From a virus, in the IMG/VR virus record IMGVR_UViG_3300003690_000024, positions 31,397-95,396 of that record: 64,000 nt of DNA; one strand, given 5' to 3'. The notes under the pieces are model-generated. The model made no database searches. It saw nothing but the letters and a program-made list of their open reading frames with translations, and was not told the DNA's origin. A program made the position numbers and the translations under genes. Positions 1 through 10,200 of the stretch are shown here, piece by piece (the stretch's first letter is position 1; each line of letters starts with the position of its first letter).

Positions 1-5
1 AAAGA

Positions 6-764
6 TTGATTGAAGCCTCTATATTAGCTGGGTGTGACTATGTAAAGTTCCAAAAAAGAACTCCTGATTTATGTGTTCCAGAACAACAAAAAAATAAAAT
101 AAGACAGACTCCGTGGGGAGAATTGCGTTATATTGACTATAAAAAGAAAATTGAATTTGGAAAGGAAGAGTGCGAGGAGCTTTTTGATTATGTTAAGGAG
201 AAACCAATTGAGTTGTTTGCATCGGTGTGGGACAAACCTTCCGTTGATTTTATGAAAGAGTATACTAGTATTATGAAGATCGGATCCGCGCTAATTAATG
301 ATATAGATTTGTGTAAATATGCTCGTACAAACTGCGAACTACTTATTATTTCCACAGGCATGAGCACAGAATCCGAAATAGAAGAGTGCATCAAAAGCTG
401 TAATCCGAATGTTGTTATGCACACCAACTCCACTTACCCGTCGCCGGTTTCAGAGCTAAATTTAAACTATATTAACTGGCTTAAGGAAAAGTGGAACGAT
501 AAAGAAATTGGATATAGCGGCCATGAATATGGCTTGACCACAACTTTTGCAACGGTTGCGATGGGGTGCACCTGGATAGAAAGGCACCTAACGCTAGACA
601 GAACAATGTGGGGAAGCGATCAGATAGCTTCCGTTGAGCCGCAAGGATTGATAAAATTAGTAAAGGGAATTCGAGATATTGAAGACGCGATGGGAACTGG
701 CGGCCCACGTAAAGTATTGGATGGTGAAAAAGCAAAAAGAAAAACCCTAAGGAGGAAAAGTTGA
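6..764 (+). CDS. neuB: N-acetylneuraminate (nonulosonic acid) synthase, NeuB family; 5'-truncated by window edge
   Basis: Motifs GCDYVKFQKR, FASVWD, KIGSA, ISTGMS, HTNSTYP, GYSGHE, IERHLTLDR, GSDQIASVEP; frame open to window start; lacks C-terminal SAF domain. Confidence 0.93.
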   Translation: MIEASILAGCDYVKFQKRTPDLCVPEQQKNKIRQTPWGELRYIDYKKKIEFGKEECEELFDYVKEKPIELFASVWDKPSVDFMKEYTSIMKIGSALINDIDLCKYARTNCELLIISTGMSTESEIEECIKSCNPNVVMHTNSTYPSPVSELNLNYINWLKEKWNDKEIGYSGHEYGLTTTFATVAMGCTWIERHLTLDRTMWGSDQIASVEPQGLIKLVKGIRDIEDAMGTGGPRKVLDGEKAKRKTLRRKS

Positions 765-1069
765 TTTACTACGTCGACATAGATGAAACAATTTGTTACT
801 ATGAGGGCCCTAGAGAATATCCGTTCGCGCTTCCTATTCATGAGAATATCAAAAAGATTAATGATTTATATGATGCGGGACACACCGTTGTTTACTGGAC
901 TGCGCGCGGCTCTTTGAGCGGCATCGATTGGAGAGAGATAACAGAAAAGCAGTTTGAAAAGTGGGGAGTGAAGTTCCATGAATTAAGACTCCAGAAGCCG
1001 GCCTACGATGTATTTATATGTGATAAGGCCATTAATTCAAATATATTTTTTAAAGGAAAGAAACAATGA
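761..1069 (+). CDS. Small HAD-superfamily phosphatase (EcbF/BcbF capsule-associated type)
   Basis: HAD motif I VDIDETI, motif II WTARG, KP..D..I.DKA. Confidence 0.8.
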   Translation: MIYYVDIDETICYYEGPREYPFALPIHENIKKINDLYDAGHTVVYWTARGSLSGIDWREITEKQFEKWGVKFHELRLQKPAYDVFICDKAINSNIFFKGKKQ

Positions 1070-2073
1070 AGAAAGTACTAGTATGTGGTGGTGGCGGTTT
1101 TATCGGTGGCGCCATGGCCAAGAGGCTAAAACAAGATGGGTACTGGGTACGCGTCGTGGATCTGAAGCTTCATGACTTTTTTGACATAATGGAGGTTGTA
1201 GATGAATTTGTACAGGGCGATCTCCGGGACCCTACAGTGTGTGATCAAGTGGTTACTGAGGACTTGGACGAAATCTATCAGTTTGCGGCCGACATGGGAG
1301 GCGCCGGATTTGTATTTACTGGCGAGAATGATGCGGATATTATGCACAACTCAGCCATGATTAATCTCAATATTGCCGAACAGTGTGTTAAGAAAGGCGT
1401 TAATCGAATTTTTTACTCGTCATCTGCTTGTATATATCCTGAGCACAATCAGCTCGATCCGGATAATCCCAATTGTGTTGAGCACTCCGCATACCCCTCT
1501 CAGCCTGATTCAGAGTATGGTTGGGAGAAATTATTTAGTGAGCGGCTTTGGCTTGCTTTTGCGCGTAATTATGGATTAACAGTCCGCGTCGCGCGCTATC
1601 ATAACATTTTTGGGCCCTTGGGCACGTGGGACGGCGGCCGCGAGAAAGCCCCTGCCGCGTTCTGTAGAAAGGTCGCTGTAGCCTCTGAGGGCGACGAGAT
1701 TGAAGTTTGGGGCGACGGTGCACAGACGAGGTCCTTCCTCTACATTGACGAGTGTATAGAGGCTACTAAGCGCCTTATGGATCATCCTACATTTGTTGGT
1801 CCTGTCAATATCGGATCCGAAGAAATGATCGCGATCAACAAGTTCGCCGAGATGGCTATTGAGATCTCGGGCAAAACGCTAACTATTGATAATATTGATG
1901 GTGGCCGCTTCGAAACTAAGTATGGATTCCCTACTCCGATCGGTGTCCGCGGCCGGAACTCAGATAACGCCCTGATTCGTGAAAAACTAGGGTGGGACTA
2001 TGAGCAATCGTTGCGTGTTGGTATGGAAAAAACATATCACTGGATCAATCAGCAGGTGCAAGAAAATGGCTAA
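1066..2073 (+). CDS. GDP-mannose 3,5-epimerase (extended SDR)
   Basis: GGGGFIG, QFAADMGGAGF, YSSSACIYPE, SEYGWEK, GGREKAPAAFCRK, GVRGRNSDN are characteristic GME motifs. Confidence 0.88.
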   Translation: MKKVLVCGGGGFIGGAMAKRLKQDGYWVRVVDLKLHDFFDIMEVVDEFVQGDLRDPTVCDQVVTEDLDEIYQFAADMGGAGFVFTGENDADIMHNSAMINLNIAEQCVKKGVNRIFYSSSACIYPEHNQLDPDNPNCVEHSAYPSQPDSEYGWEKLFSERLWLAFARNYGLTVRVARYHNIFGPLGTWDGGREKAPAAFCRKVAVASEGDEIEVWGDGAQTRSFLYIDECIEATKRLMDHPTFVGPVNIGSEEMIAINKFAEMAIEISGKTLTIDNIDGGRFETKYGFPTPIGVRGRNSDNALIREKLGWDYEQSLRVGMEKTYHWINQQVQENG

Positions 2074-2953
2074 ATGTCTCGTGACCGGTCACGTGGGCTA
2101 TATTGGATCTAAGCTTTATAAAAAACTTCAGGATCTCGGGCATGAAGTGCTTGGGGTGGATCTAGAAGACGAGATCTCCGGCGATGTTAAAAAAGTTTTA
2201 AGTGAAGATACGGATGGCCACTTTCATCCATATTATTCTTCTTTTGAACCTGAGTATATTTTTCATTTAGCATGTTGGCCACGTGTGGTATACTCAATGG
2301 AAGAGCCAGTCGCTACTATGGAAAATAATGCGTTGGCTGGCTCCGTTCTTTTAAATTTTGCTAAAAAGTGTCCGTCGGTGAAAAGGGTTATATATTCTAG
2401 TTCTTCCTCTATTGTGGGTAATGGCCATGGCCCAACCAACCCCTATGCACTTCAAAAATATGTTACAGAGCTAGAATGTAAAATTTATGCCGAATTATTT
2501 GGGCTTGACACTGTTTCTTTAAGGTATTTTAATGTATACTCTGAAGATCAGAAGGCCACAGGGCCTTATGCTACGGCGGTCGCTAACTGGATGGAACACA
2601 TTAGAACCTGTAAAACACCCTTCATAACGGGCGACGGAGAACAAAGACGGGACATGATCCACGTTGACGACGTTGTGTCGGCTAATATATTTGCGATGGA
2701 TTACGCAGAGCGATTTGACGGAGCTATTTTTGATATTGGCACAGGAGATAATATCTCTTTAAATGAAATAAAAGAGATTGCTCAGACGTACCATAATATT
2801 GAATTTGACTACACGCCTCCACGCGATGGCGATGTTTTAGAAACCCGCGCGAACACACAGAAGTTAAAAAATATTGGCTGGAAACACTCTATATCAATTA
2901 AAGACGGTATACATAGCTGTTTCAAAAATACACAAACAAAGGAGTTAAAATGA
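2066..2953 (+). CDS. NAD-dependent nucleotide-sugar epimerase/dehydratase
   Basis: Start reassigned to ATG 2066 (MAKCLVTGHVGYIGS); YSSSSS, PYALQK (YxxxK), LRYFNVY, GDGEQRRD. Confidence 0.88.
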   Translation: MAKCLVTGHVGYIGSKLYKKLQDLGHEVLGVDLEDEISGDVKKVLSEDTDGHFHPYYSSFEPEYIFHLACWPRVVYSMEEPVATMENNALAGSVLLNFAKKCPSVKRVIYSSSSSIVGNGHGPTNPYALQKYVTELECKIYAELFGLDTVSLRYFNVYSEDQKATGPYATAVANWMEHIRTCKTPFITGDGEQRRDMIHVDDVVSANIFAMDYAERFDGAIFDIGTGDNISLNEIKEIAQTYHNIEFDYTPPRDGDVLETRANTQKLKNIGWKHSISIKDGIHSCFKNTQTKELK

Positions 2954-3165
2954 AACTAACCAATCAAGCAATTGGTGCCCTTATGATGGCACTTCAAAAA
3001 TCATTAATGGAACAAAGCGATATAGTTCCAACTCTTCAGGAAATGAATTTTGCGATGAATCCTGAAGATAGTAGTCATTCTACATTAGTGATAATAAACC
3101 CTCCAGTGGTCTCATTCGAAAGTGTAGACTTTACTGAGGATATAGAACAAGAAAGGAAAAATTAA
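2950..3165 (+). CDS. Hypothetical protein
   Basis: AGGAG SD upstream, start overlaps upstream stop. Confidence 0.7.
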   Translation: MKLTNQAIGALMMALQKSLMEQSDIVPTLQEMNFAMNPEDSSHSTLVIINPPVVSFESVDFTEDIEQERKN

Positions 3166-3166
3166 G

Positions 3167-3349
3167 ATGGCACAAACACGAACAAGCTTAAAAAAAGCAA
3201 AGACGTCCACTAAGACAGTTTCTGAGGCCCACGTACGCGAAGTTGTTGATGAGATGCTCAGAACAGCGTTTCGTTCTCATTCCCGCGACCTCGAAACGGT
3301 TTTGAACGATATCGATCGTAGATTGCGACTATTAGAAGAAAAGAGATAA
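3167..3349 (+). CDS. Hypothetical small protein
   Basis: Tightly packed in operon, AAGGA upstream. Confidence 0.65.
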   Translation: MAQTRTSLKKAKTSTKTVSEAHVREVVDEMLRTAFRSHSRDLETVLNDIDRRLRLLEEKR

Positions 3350-3354
3350 CGAGC

Positions 3355-3606
3355 GTGCCTCGTTATCAATATTGTTGCTCACACTGTCGTCACACTTGTG
3401 TGATACAGCACTTATCTGACGATACAGTATCGATCTGTCCTGCGTGCAACAAAGAGGATGCACTTGTGAAGCAGTTAACTTCTTTCACAAGCATCAACAT
3501 AAAGGCTATACCAAAGGCAAAAACCGGACAGGTAACGGAGGAGTTTATTCAAACTGCTCGGCAGGACCTTAAACAGCAAAAAAAAGAATTACTTAACAAA
3601 GACTGA
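3355..3606 (+). CDS. FmdB-family zinc-ribbon protein
   Basis: MPRYQYCCSHC...CPAC matches MPxYxYxCxxC...CPxC pattern. Confidence 0.78.
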   Translation: MPRYQYCCSHCRHTCVIQHLSDDTVSICPACNKEDALVKQLTSFTSINIKAIPKAKTGQVTEEFIQTARQDLKQQKKELLNKD

Positions 3607-3608
3607 TA

Positions 3609-3938
3609 ATGCTTATATACATCATACTTGCTGTCTCTATTTTACTTAACATACTGCTTGTTTGGTATGTGATAGGACTACTCAAAAAATTCTTTTTTAT
3701 ATCCGAAACAATGGCCGATACCTACTTGACCGCCAAAGATTTTAGTGTCTTTGTTGAATCAATGTACAGTATGGACAGTTATCATGGGGAGCCAATGATA
3801 CAAGAGTTGATGTTTAGAATCCGCGAAGTTCTACAAGAGATGGAAAAATTTAGAGAAATCTTTGAGTATACGATCGATACTGAAATTGAGGATGCCCTAG
3901 ATGGTGTTGATGAAGCCGAAGAAGCAGCAGAAGCGTAA
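3609..3938 (+). CDS. Hypothetical membrane protein
   Basis: N-terminal hydrophobic helix (LIYIILAVSILLNILLVWYVIGLL), acidic tail. Confidence 0.7.
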   Translation: MLIYIILAVSILLNILLVWYVIGLLKKFFFISETMADTYLTAKDFSVFVESMYSMDSYHGEPMIQELMFRIREVLQEMEKFREIFEYTIDTEIEDALDGVDEAEEAAEA

Positions 3939-4605
3939 AAAGAATTTATATTTTACAAAGGTACATGAAGATGCCATCGTAAAGTATGCGAACACGAATG
4001 ATCGTCAGATACGCACGATTCTTTATATTGAATATATTCAGCCTGCGTTCGATCAAATGGTCGATAAAATTGTTTATACTTACAGGTTTACTACCTTACC
4101 CAATATAGATTATCTTAAAGATGATTGTAAGATATGGCTAACTACTATTTTAAATAAATACGACCCCTCCAAGGGGTCTAAGGCTTTTTCCTATTTTTCT
4201 GTTGTTACTAAAAATTGGTTTATTCATAAGGTAAAGCAAACACAGAAACGAAATCGAACCGAAATTTTCTTAGAAGATATGCTAGAGAGGAAGGGAGAGG
4301 AATTAGAATCCGAAGAGCCTTCGTATGAAGATGAGAGAGAAGAGGCTGAATTTTGGGTATCCTTAAGCAACGAAATTAGTACGTGGGACTCTTTTATGTT
4401 AAAAGAAAATGAGAAAAAAGTATTAATGGCTGTTCGAATCGTATTAGACTCTGCAGATGAAATAGAAATTTTTAATAAAAAAGCTATTTATTTATATCTA
4501 CGGGAGATAACGGGGCTTAATACAAAACAGGTTGTCAACAATTTGAAAAAGCTACGAAAAAGATACAAGGTGTTTAGGGATAAATGGGAAAACGGCGAAA
4601 TTTAA
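3901..4605 (+). CDS. Phage RNA polymerase sigma factor, T4 gp55-like (late transcription)
   Basis: Sigma region-2 like KYDPSKGSKAFSYFSVVTKNWFI; N-terminal NLYFT; C-terminal helix-turn-helix-like LREITGLNTKQV. Confidence 0.72.
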   Translation: MVLMKPKKQQKRKKNLYFTKVHEDAIVKYANTNDRQIRTILYIEYIQPAFDQMVDKIVYTYRFTTLPNIDYLKDDCKIWLTTILNKYDPSKGSKAFSYFSVVTKNWFIHKVKQTQKRNRTEIFLEDMLERKGEELESEEPSYEDEREEAEFWVSLSNEISTWDSFMLKENEKKVLMAVRIVLDSADEIEIFNKKAIYLYLREITGLNTKQVVNNLKKLRKRYKVFRDKWENGEI

Positions 4606-4901
4606 ATCTTGATGATTATATCGATGAAGCGACTACCAACATTCGCGAGGATCGCGCTATGGCCAAATCTTTATTAATGGATGCAATTCGTGATATGAAA
4701 TTGTCTGACTCTGCACGCAAAGAGTTGGGCCCCATCGCAGCCAAGTATGTTGAGAATCTGCAGCGCTCCAACGAGCAACTGGTACGCGTTTCCGGTCTTC
4801 TGCAAAAACAGAAGGCTCAGCATGTCGGCTTAACGGACGACGATCGAGAACAGCTATTTGATTTATTACATGGCGGAGGAGAGGATAATGGCAAAGGATG
4901 A
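4584..4901 (+). CDS. Hypothetical helical protein
   Basis: ORF between sigma and lysozyme gene; candidate late motif at 4484. Confidence 0.7.
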   Translation: MGKRRNLNLDDYIDEATTNIREDRAMAKSLLMDAIRDMKLSDSARKELGPIAAKYVENLQRSNEQLVRVSGLLQKQKAQHVGLTDDDREQLFDLLHGGGEDNGKG

Positions 4902-6240
4902 CGAAGGACAGAGTGGGGAAGGTGGCCTAGACCTAAGAAGTCTTAGGTTTGGCACCCTTAACTTTTTAAGAGATGATTCGATCAACGATTCGGGCGATCG
5001 CCGTCGCGGAAATCCTCTAACCTTTTTAGTTCAGAGTTTAGGGAAAGCGTATGGCATTGATACGCTGAAGGACGTTATAAATTTTCGTGGAATTGTATTG
5101 AAGGCCGAGAAGGTTAACAAAGACTCAATAGTTCCTATTAACCGTTCTGAAATTTTAAATGCTTATCTTAATGTGTCCTTAGGTGCTAAAATCGTAGCAG
5201 CCTTCACTAGAGATAAGCCCGTATATGTTTATAAGGTTTATATTCCTGAATTAGAGATGAGACCTCCGCCTGTTTCCGCAGACGATCCGATTTTAGATAC
5301 CTATTTTGATGTTTATGACTCGCGCGTCTTCCCAGAAGACGATGCTGAGATCAAGAAAGGAACCGTAGTTACTGTAGTATTTGAGGACTTCAAAAACCTG
5401 CTTAACCCTCAAATCATTGGTGCCGAAAAGAAGCCACTAATCATCAAAGGACTCCACAAGGGCGGCAGTGTCCTTGAGGCGTTAAGAAACTTTTTTGGTG
5501 GCAGCCCCGGCAAAGGCAAGGTTGGAGATAAGGAAAATGCAAGTGGATCTCCCCGAAATCCCGAAGAAGGCGCCCCAGCGCACTCTACGGGGACCGGTGA
5601 TGCAGGATCTCCTGCGCGCACATTTGATGAAAACCCGCCCGACCAGGATCCTGATGCTCCTGTTATTAAGAAGATGTCTGCATCGGAAGTGGAACACATG
5701 GCACAAAGTGAGGGAATTTTGATGAAGCTCTACAACGACCCTTATGGTTACTGTACTATTGGAGTAGGCCACCTCATACAGGGACGCGTCAACGGAGAGA
5801 ACTGGAAGGGCCCCTGCAGTCAAGCAAAGCGACATGGTTTAATCCCATCCAAGTGGCTGAAAGGAGGTCTTCCTCCCGATGGAAACAACACGCGCGCCCC
5901 CTCGGAAACTATGACGAGGTCCGAAGTAATGGCTCTTTTTCAGCAAGACGTCTCCATCCGCGAGAGATGGCTTGTTAGCAAATTGCGACGGATCGGCGAT
6001 GTTAGGGTTACCCAAGGCCAATTCGACGCCCTGCTCTCGGTTGTCTATAATTCTGGGGGCGGAAATGTTAGCGAATTCATTATTGACCCCCATCTAGCCA
6101 AATCGCCCCCAGATTTCAGAGGAGCAGCAGAAGCTTTTACAGTGTATAATAGACTGGGCTACCGGAGAGAAGATCATCGCAGGTATCGGGCCGGACTGAA
6201 TGCCCGCAGAGAACGAGAGCAGAGCATGTTCTTTACTTAA
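4888..6240 (+). CDS. Baseplate hub-associated lysozyme (gp5-like: OB-fold-like N-terminus + GH24 lysozyme)
   Basis: T4-lysozyme triad spacing E-x8-D-x5-T in SEGILMKLYNDPYGYCTIGVGH; QGQFDALLSVVYN and GLNARR; start set at ATG 4888 behind GGAGGAGAGG. Confidence 0.8.
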   Translation: MAKDDEGQSGEGGLDLRSLRFGTLNFLRDDSINDSGDRRRGNPLTFLVQSLGKAYGIDTLKDVINFRGIVLKAEKVNKDSIVPINRSEILNAYLNVSLGAKIVAAFTRDKPVYVYKVYIPELEMRPPPVSADDPILDTYFDVYDSRVFPEDDAEIKKGTVVTVVFEDFKNLLNPQIIGAEKKPLIIKGLHKGGSVLEALRNFFGGSPGKGKVGDKENASGSPRNPEEGAPAHSTGTGDAGSPARTFDENPPDQDPDAPVIKKMSASEVEHMAQSEGILMKLYNDPYGYCTIGVGHLIQGRVNGENWKGPCSQAKRHGLIPSKWLKGGLPPDGNNTRAPSETMTRSEVMALFQQDVSIRERWLVSKLRRIGDVRVTQGQFDALLSVVYNSGGGNVSEFIIDPHLAKSPPDFRGAAEAFTVYNRLGYRREDHRRYRAGLNARREREQSMFFT

Positions 6241-6261
6241 AAGAACATAAGGAGTTTATTT

Positions 6262-7275
6262 ATGGGTAGCATTAAATTAGGCGGTAAGCCAAAAAAGTTT
6301 AAATTTTCATTAGACTTATCGAAGCTGGGAAAGACCGAACGAAAACTATTTGATTCGCTGCCGCCAGTACAGCAGGCGGAATTCGTCGGCCTAGGCGAGA
6401 GTTCTAAAATTGATTTCGATACTCCGGTCTATGTTGCATCCGGAGCAGAACATCAGATAGCAAAAGGAAATGCGTCGATTGTACTCGGAGTTGACCGCCC
6501 AAGCAATCTATATTCTGGTTACGGCGGCCTAAGGAACACTCACTGTGCTTCTATTGATATAGTGGCCGGCCGAATGGGCTACCGCGCCCGTTCGACGACG
6601 GAAGATGGGGAGTCTGTTAATGTGGATCCTAATTTTAAGTTGGATGCCGCTCGAATCTATATTTCACAGAAAGCAGATCCTGATGGATATTTTGGTCTCG
6701 CGGCGGGCAAGTCGGGAAACACCTCAAAAGAATCGCCCCGAAGTACGGTCGCAATAAAGGCCGATACAGTTCGTCTCATTTCGCGCGAGAATATAAAACT
6801 TATAACGCGCACTGATGCAGAGAATGCCCAAGGTGGTGATTTGGATACAGGCTATACTGCGCCCTTTGGGATCGACCTTATCGCGATGAATGATGACTCC
6901 GGCTTGCAGCCACTTGTTAAGGGAGATAATTTGCTTCAGTTATTAAAGTCTATGATGGAATCAATCCATGATTTACGAGAGCTGTTCACTAATTTTTTAG
7001 AATACGACAGAACACTAACTATGGCCCTTCTAAATCACACACACCAGTCACCATTTTTTGGAGCCTCTACATCTCCGTCGTTTGTTAAGCTTTTACCTGA
7101 AGGGATAAAGGTGATAGTGGACAAACTAACAAACGTCGAACTACAGATGAAGCTTCAAATGCAGAAGCTCACAACACTCCAGCAGGAATATTTGGAAACT
7201 CCTGCAGGGGCAGAAACAACAGATAACGACGGGAATGGGCTCTTCATCTTGAGTAAATTTAACCATACTAATTAG
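6262..7275 (+). CDS. Putative baseplate central spike protein
   Basis: Beta-strand-rich (AARIYIS, VAIKADTVRLISRENIKL), PLVKGD motif and HxH (NHTH); position between lysozyme and gp25. Confidence 0.55.
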   Translation: MGSIKLGGKPKKFKFSLDLSKLGKTERKLFDSLPPVQQAEFVGLGESSKIDFDTPVYVASGAEHQIAKGNASIVLGVDRPSNLYSGYGGLRNTHCASIDIVAGRMGYRARSTTEDGESVNVDPNFKLDAARIYISQKADPDGYFGLAAGKSGNTSKESPRSTVAIKADTVRLISRENIKLITRTDAENAQGGDLDTGYTAPFGIDLIAMNDDSGLQPLVKGDNLLQLLKSMMESIHDLRELFTNFLEYDRTLTMALLNHTHQSPFFGASTSPSFVKLLPEGIKVIVDKLTNVELQMKLQMQKLTTLQQEYLETPAGAETTDNDGNGLFILSKFNHTN

Positions 7276-7277
7276 AG

Positions 7278-10200
7278 ATGCCAGCACTTCGAACCCCACG
7301 TAAATATAAAGGCAAGTCAACGGGAATTCCTTTTTCGGCGGTTGAAAAGGGTTCTACGCGCTATAAGCTTAAGCTTAAAATAGATCAGGCCGTTGCGAAT
7401 TTTGATCAGCCTGCGGCAATAGAAGAGGCTGTCGATCGATATATCATTCATTATTTTCCTGAATTTTATATTGCGCTTTATGATCAACCTGCGTTTATGG
7501 CGGCCAATGAGGATCCAAACGACGCCCAGGCCGCTTTTGTCGTTCTGTGGATGTACGAGACATTGAGGGTCCAGCTTGGGAATAAAATAGAAATAGACGC
7601 GCAATATCCCACCTCTCCTCCCTCCGATAACGAAATAATGATTTTTAGCTTAAGATACGATGTTTTTAAAGCACGGGAGCAACTAACCAATCAAATGTTT
7701 CAGGGTGAGACAGACCAAAAACAAATGCCTTCCTTTGAGGCGAGTCTGAATTACTTTAATAGTGAAAATGGATTCGGCCCCACTGAAAGTCAGACAGAAT
7801 TTCCTATCAAAAAGATGCCAGCAATTTCTCAGAGTTTACAGGGTGCTTTCACAAAATTCAGTAAACAGCAGAAACGATCAAGAGGCCCGAAGGCGCCTAT
7901 ATCAGTCGACTTTAATTCTGTGGGGACCTCAGTTGGTAAAATAATGGCTACCCTCGTTGGTGAGCTCATGGAGACAGTTAAAGGCGCCGGCAGAACTTAT
8001 AAATTTAGAGAAGGGGATACCTTAACACTTTATTTTGGGGCCTCTACTTCGTCACCGTCGACTGAAAAGGCTGTTGTGGTTCCTGATTCTGTGATCACGG
8101 ATATAAAATATTTAGCTACCGATAAATCAATTGCCGCAGAACAGTTAAAAGTGGGACACTTTTCTCTCGTAAAGTATAGTCCACTTATAAAGGATAAGGT
8201 TGTGTTAGGCGCCTTAAAAAACTACAGTTTAGTCCTGAAGATGGATAAGGAAGCCTCCAAAAGGGGCCCCAATTCGTTTTCGGTTGATGAATTTTTTGGG
8301 GAAGCACTTGGTGTCGACACCGCTGACGGCTTTCCTTTAGAGTGGGACACATCCAATGATTCTGATGTGGAACAGGACGATGAAAATAATGCTTTAATAA
8401 ATACGGCAGTTGACCTAGGAATCATTGATATTGCCGACACCGCCGGTCTTCAAGTGAGCATCGCCGCGTATACCACAGAACAGCTTACCACTCTCAACGC
8501 AGCAGTAACCCAAAATCCCGAGCTTTATACCGAGGTGTTTGCGGGACAAGAAAAGAAAAAAGATGAAGCTTCCCCCGACTTTTTAAACCAGATTGAAAAA
8601 GTATTAGCGGACGGCCCGATGGGTGCTGTTGCCGACAATAGCCCAGTGGGGGCATTTTTCCGCCACTTTGGTATCGATACACTCGTAAAAGAGGCGCTTT
8701 TGTGCCTTACTTTTGGGATAAATTTTGAAATCGATCGCATTACTGCCCTTATCGGCGAAATTAAGGGCCTAGCTTTCAGTGGCAACATAGTAGTAGAGTT
8801 TGGGGGTTCAGTTAAGGGAGTTACAAAGCCTCAAATATCGCTCCCTTCTCTCGGTGATCTCTCGTTAAGTTTCCCAATGTTTACCATTACAGGCGATATC
8901 TGGAAGATGATTCTAGAGATTATTATTGAAAGTCTTGAAAAAGCCTTAATTCAAGTGATTGCTCAGCTTGTAGAGCTTCTTCGCGAACTGTGTGACTTTA
9001 ATAATCCAAGGTCCCGAGATTATGGCGACACAAATATGCGCGATCTGATGCCCCTCACAGCGCCAGGCACAAAACGGGGCGCTAGGGGACAAGAGGACGA
9101 CTCTAATCCTGATATGGGCGCGCAACACGACCCGTTTGATCCCTTTAGGGGCTCCAATGTAGAGGAAGCCTCGGGGATGACACCAGATGAGATCCTCGAC
9201 TATCTTGAAGATCTTTCATCTATTTTAAGTTCTATGGAGATATGTGTATTGCTCACTAATCCAGCATCGGCCGAAGAAGATCTCCTTCAAAAAATATTAG
9301 ATTATAATTTAGCGTACGGGGCCAATGCACAAGTTGCACAACAGATGACCACCTTTACAGAAATCATAGGATTTTTTGCTGAGTTGGCCAAAGTGGTGGA
9401 TGTAACAGACTTGTGTAACGAGATCGCAAACGAGGTTGCAGTTCTTAATCAAGACAATCTCTGCCTTACCGAAGATGACATCCAATCTGTTAATATGGAT
9501 GATGTGGATAATATTGAGACTCTTTTGGATATTTTGAAAAACGGCTTGCGACCAGGCGTTGCGGGAGTTCCGGAGGTCTTCAGGCCTAATTTCGAATGTC
9601 CAGATAAACCCAACTATGTAGAAGACCCCACCTTTAGAAAATCAATCTACGAGACACTCAATGTTCTGATAGAAACGGTTGAGCTTCAGTTTAGCTATTC
9701 GACAGAATCTATTAAGAATGTACTGTTGGACTCCCGACTGACTGCAGCCGGCGGAGCGGCGTTTGATGCGATCGGCGCAGCTGAAGTTCCGCCTCTCTCT
9801 GAAGAGTGGGCTCCGGCGCCTAATAAGGCGATGATTGATATATTGAAGGCTATGATACAGGGCTTCGAAAACGTTGAGCAATATTCGGACGACATTGAAG
9901 ACTGCATCAACGATAATCAAGATGTTTTTGGTTTAGACGTAAATCTCGACTTCGACGACATCACCAGGATCCTGAATGTCGTAAAAGAAGGAATGGAACT
10001 CGGCTTCGCTACTGGTGGACAACTAGGAGGCCTTGTCGACACGCTTGGAGACTTGTCAAACGCCTCGGAGCAAGGTACCCCTCTCATATCACGAAAAGTT
10101 TTCAATAAACGCTTTTTGAGAGAATTTGAAGATTATATTCTCATTAGCCAGCCCTCGACCGGTTCCACGGGTGCGCCAACATGGAACCAAAACATTCTCA

